A stretch of 64,000 nucleotides of DNA from assembly GCA_951406725.2 (NCBI GenBank), contig OX597831.1, positions 58,342,001-58,406,000 of the forward strand, given 5' to 3'. The DNA comes from Octopus vulgaris (taxonomy: Eukaryota). The position numbers and the translations under genes are program-made. Below, piece after piece: positions 60,286-64,000 of this stretch (within the stretch, counting starts at the first letter, position 1; each line of letters begins with the position of its first letter). The notes under the pieces were generated by a model, which was not told where the DNA came from, did not search any database, and worked only from the letters and a program-made list of their open reading frames with translations.

Positions 60286-60917
60286 TTATTGTTGTTTTGT
60301 GATTCTGCCGGTTTGCCATCTTCATCTTAATATATGAACATCTATTTTGTAAAAAAGCTTTTACGTTCTGAGTTAAAATCATATTGTCATCAATTCTACC
60401 GTTTAACTTCGCAGGTTTTGAAAAGTATAAGAAATAGTCGTGTACCGAAGTCTATACTAGCATCCTCCCCCCATATATCTGGTCTTGTGCTAAAATTTGA
60501 AAGTAATATTTTAAATATAATTTAACACAATTTTTATATAATTACGGTGGATTAGGATGGCAGAATCAGTGTAACAGTGCGAGATTAAGTTCTGTGTCTT
60601 TACGTCTCTAGTAGAACTCCCACTGATGTCGGATTTAGCTTTGATCTAGGAGTCGATTTGCCTGGCGTAAATGTAGTTAGGCTCATGATCATACGGTCAT
60701 TGGTTCAATTTCTGGATCGGCTGGCGCGTTGTAACTTTGAGCAAGGAACCTCGTTTACGGTTGTTCCATCTCCTCAACTGAAATAAGCGCCAAGTGGATA
60801 TTTGTACACCTCCCACTTTCTGGATCCCACGTATTGAATGTTCTGCAGGGTCACAGATGAGGAGATGTAGCAAGATGATGTCTATATATGCACCTGATTA
60901 CATAGACATCTAAATAG

Positions 60918-61285
60918 CATTCTGTCAGTTACGATGACGAGAGTTCCAGCTGATCTCGCCAGTGGAACAGCCTGCTCGTGAAATTAACATGCAAGTGGCT
61001 GAATACTCCACAGACATGCGTGCCCTTAACGTAGTTCTCATGAAGATTCAGCGCGACACGATGTGACAAGGATGACCCTTTGAAATACAGGTACTACACA
61101 TTTTTGCCAGCTTAGTGGGCTGGAGCAACGTGAAATAAAGTGTCTTGCTCAATTGTAATTAATCTCCAGGTTGAAATAAACCTGAAATAAAGGTGAAATA
61201 AAGTGTCTAGTATAAAGTGACAACACGCCGCTGTCAATTGAACTCACGACTATGCGATCGTGAGCCGAATACTATAGTTAACGAA
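60918..61285 (-). mobile_element. Degenerate tRNA-derived SINE
   Basis: Contains GCAACGTGAAATAAAGTGTCTTGCTCAA, the reverse complement of the core at 59926-59953, and a tRNA-like head near 61240-61270. Confidence 0.7.
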
Positions 61286-62913
61286 AGCATCGTCTTTGCT
61301 ACCAAATTATATTTACTTTCGAGTGATGGCGCGTTGTACAGTTTTTATGCTTATTTAAGAATTATATATTTTAAACAGTTTGTTAGGTTCTGTGTTCACC
61401 TAACATCAAGTTCGAATTTGCTATTTCTTCTAGTGTTATGCAAACAAGAACTAGTCAAGTAGAAGACCGGTTGAATGGTGTGTTACTCTCTCAAATATTT
61501 GCATTAGCTGCAAAAACACAGTATGACAGCCGACTACTTCGTTAGCTTTCTGTGGTTACAGAGAACTATTACTATAATAACATGATTCACATAGTATTTA
61601 ACGCGTGGGAATTACTTGGATAGTGTGCTTCCAAATCCAGAATTTTCTAGATACTTTATTTCAAGAGGAAAATTACGTTCTGTTGTGATATGAGACTCAC
61701 ATACAATATACACAGATGGGGATTAAATGTATTGACATATTGAATGTAATTTTAATCGGTAACCAGAGTAATGTTATATTATCCTGAATAGCCTACATAA
61801 AATCGAAAACATTGACATCCGAAGACGATTATGTAACGTTGCAGTTGAAATATTGAAATATTGGATTAAAAAGACAAAAAAAAAACAAAGCAAAAACACT
61901 GCAAAACAAAACAAAATAGACCTTGCATATGCGAATCTATTTTTCGATATAGAATCTAGATAAAGGAAAAAAAATAACAAAAAACAGTTAAATCAGTCAA
62001 AAAGTACAGTTATTTCAATGTAGAAGTAAGATTGGATTTTTGCTGGCATTTAGATGTAAACAAAATTATAAAAAACACGATTTAGCATTGTATGTATGTA
62101 TATATGTATGTATGCATGAGTGTACGTATGTATAACACACACACACATATATGTGCAAATGTATATGTATTTATGTATATGTACATCTCTTTCTCTCTCT
62201 CTATATATATATATAACTAAGTGTATGTGTTTATTGTGTGTGTGTGTGTGTGTGTGTGCGCGCGCACGTGTATGTGTGTGTGCGCGCGCGCATGTGTGTG
62301 TATGTTGGTGTGTGTGTGTGTGTGTGCGCGCGCACGTGTATGTGTGTGTGCGCGCGCGCATGTGTGTGTATGTTGGTGTGTGTGTGTGTGTGTGTGTATT
62401 CCAATATTAAAATCTAGTATTTCAATTTGCAAAAGCTTTTTAAAGAAGATGTTTGATTTTTTGATAGACGTAGGTTTATAATTTGACCGGATGGAAAAAT
62501 GGGTAGTATGTTCGGCATTCTGTAGCTCATATTACATAACAACTAACATTTATTGGTCTTCAAGAATACTACTTACTCTTACGCCATGATTCAATTTATT
62601 TGTCTGCCTTTAGCAAGATAATTCTAGATTTCATTTCAAGTTTATCGAAGTGGATAAGGAATATTTGAGAATACGCTTGAAATATGACATCATTTAGTCA
62701 CGTGGAGGTTGTTACATTAACAGTATGGTACTCATCAGTAAGATAGAACCTGCAAGGCATAAATACATCACCTCTTTTTCTTAGGTTAAGATATTAAATA
62801 AACTTGCCGAAGCTATAGTAACATCAAGGAAGCATTTAAGTTCCCAAATAAAGTTACTTAGCTTAACAATTTCAATATTATTTTTAGTCACAGGAATATA
62901 TATATATATATAC

Positions 62914-63077
62914 AGGGAAAGTTTACGAAAAAAACAAAAGACGAAGACAGGTGGTGCACAAAACAAACAGATGTATTAGTATAACGCTCAGAAATAGAAA
63001 AAGTCTTTTACGTTTCGAGCTTACGCTTTTCTACAGAAAGAGACACAGAATAAACAAGGAGAGAAACAAGGAGAGAA
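62914..63077 (-). mobile_element. Hammerhead-bearing element, family A
   Basis: Reverse complement CTTT CTGTAGA A AAGC gtaa GCTC GAAACGTA AAAG; TA-flanked. Confidence 0.75.
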
Positions 63078-63093
63078 ATATATATATATATAT

Positions 63094-63578
63094 GTAACAT
63101 GTGGTATAATTATAAACAGGGTAAATTTTAGCCATTTCTCCGCAGACTGAAAAACAATGATGAATAACCCTAATTGCTTTTCGAAACTTTTTGGCTTCTC
63201 ATCAGATGCGCTTACGCTATTCTGACAGTCTCCAAAGAAACAAGCAGCCAAGCTGTCTATATACTCAACAAATGCAGCAGTTACTCTCTGAATGAATCCT
63301 TAATTTTGCATACCGAAACTGTTTTACACTCTCTAAATAGCAACGGCCTGACAACAGGGATCTTAGTCCATACAGTATCAAGGTATGATATAAGATATAC
63401 GTAACATGTGGCATAATTATAAACAGGTCAAAATATGGGTATTTCTCCGCAGACTGAAAGAATGATGAACAACCTTAATCGATTTTTGAACCATATTGGG
63501 TTCTCATCAGCGGCGTCTACATCATTTTGATAATCTCCAGAAAAACAAGCAACCAAACTGTTTATATACTCAACAGAT
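63094..63578 (-). repeat. Tandem 307-bp unit (1.6 copies), each copy with a hammerhead motif (retrozyme- or pLTR-like)
   Basis: GTAACATGTGG(T/C)ATAATTATAAACAGG at 63094 and 63401. Reverse-complement cores CTGATGA GAAGC caaaaa GTTTC GAAA and CTGATGA GAACC caatat GGTTC AAAA ATCGAT TA. Confidence 0.72.
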
Positions 63579-63604
63579 GTATGTGTGTATGTGTGTGTAT
63601 ACAC

Positions 63605-63637
<33 letters not shown>

Positions 63638-63659
63638 TGTATGTATGTATGTATGTATG

Positions 63660-63712
<53 letters not shown>

Positions 63713-63716
<4 letters not shown>

Positions 63717-63898
63717 AGAGTTTACGAAAAAACAAAAGACGAAGACAGGTGGTGTACAAAACAAACAAATGTATTAGTATTACGCTCAGGAATAGGAAAA
63801 GTCTTTTACGTTTCGAGCCCACGCTCTTCTACAGAAAGGGACACAGAAAAAACAAGGAGAGAAAAAATGTGTGTAGTGGCTAACGATCTATCATGGCG
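63713..63898 (-). mobile_element. Hammerhead-bearing element, family A
   Basis: Reverse complement CTTT CTGTAGA A GAGC gtgg GCTC GAAACGTA AAAG; abuts (TA)n. Confidence 0.78.
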
Positions 63899-64000
63899 AC
63901 TGGTGTGTATGTGTGTGTGTGTATAACACAGGTACAGACATGTATATTGTAGCGTGGGCGGTAGAAATGATTGTCATTAAGAAAGATAATTATCTTCGCT

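Overview
This window is eukaryotic, AT-rich DNA saturated with microsatellites and transposons. Its SINE families and (TA)n/(TCTA)n/(TACA)n density resemble an octopus (coleoid cephalopod) genome; this is recognition from memory, not a search result. Nearly all supplied ORFs are microsatellite translations. The recognisable coding remnants are all mobile-element derived: a 5'-truncated Penelope-like retroelement of probable Naiad type (RT C-terminus plus GIY-YIG, 26401-28148, with a 3' hammerhead), CR1-, RTE- and L1/Tx1-like LINE fragments, and a Tc1-like transposase fragment. Many tRNA-derived SINEs, several MITEs with TSDs and a tRNA-Glu pseudogene are also present. The main unexplained pattern is about 17 minimal hammerhead-ribozyme motifs in at least 7 short element families, mostly beside (TA)n tracts. 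They often form inverted pairs or foldbacks, and include a tRNA-headed hammerhead SINE and a 307-bp tandem retrozyme-like unit. A weak phase-consistent four-exon chain on the minus strand (54980 to 46600) may belong to an unidentified host gene.
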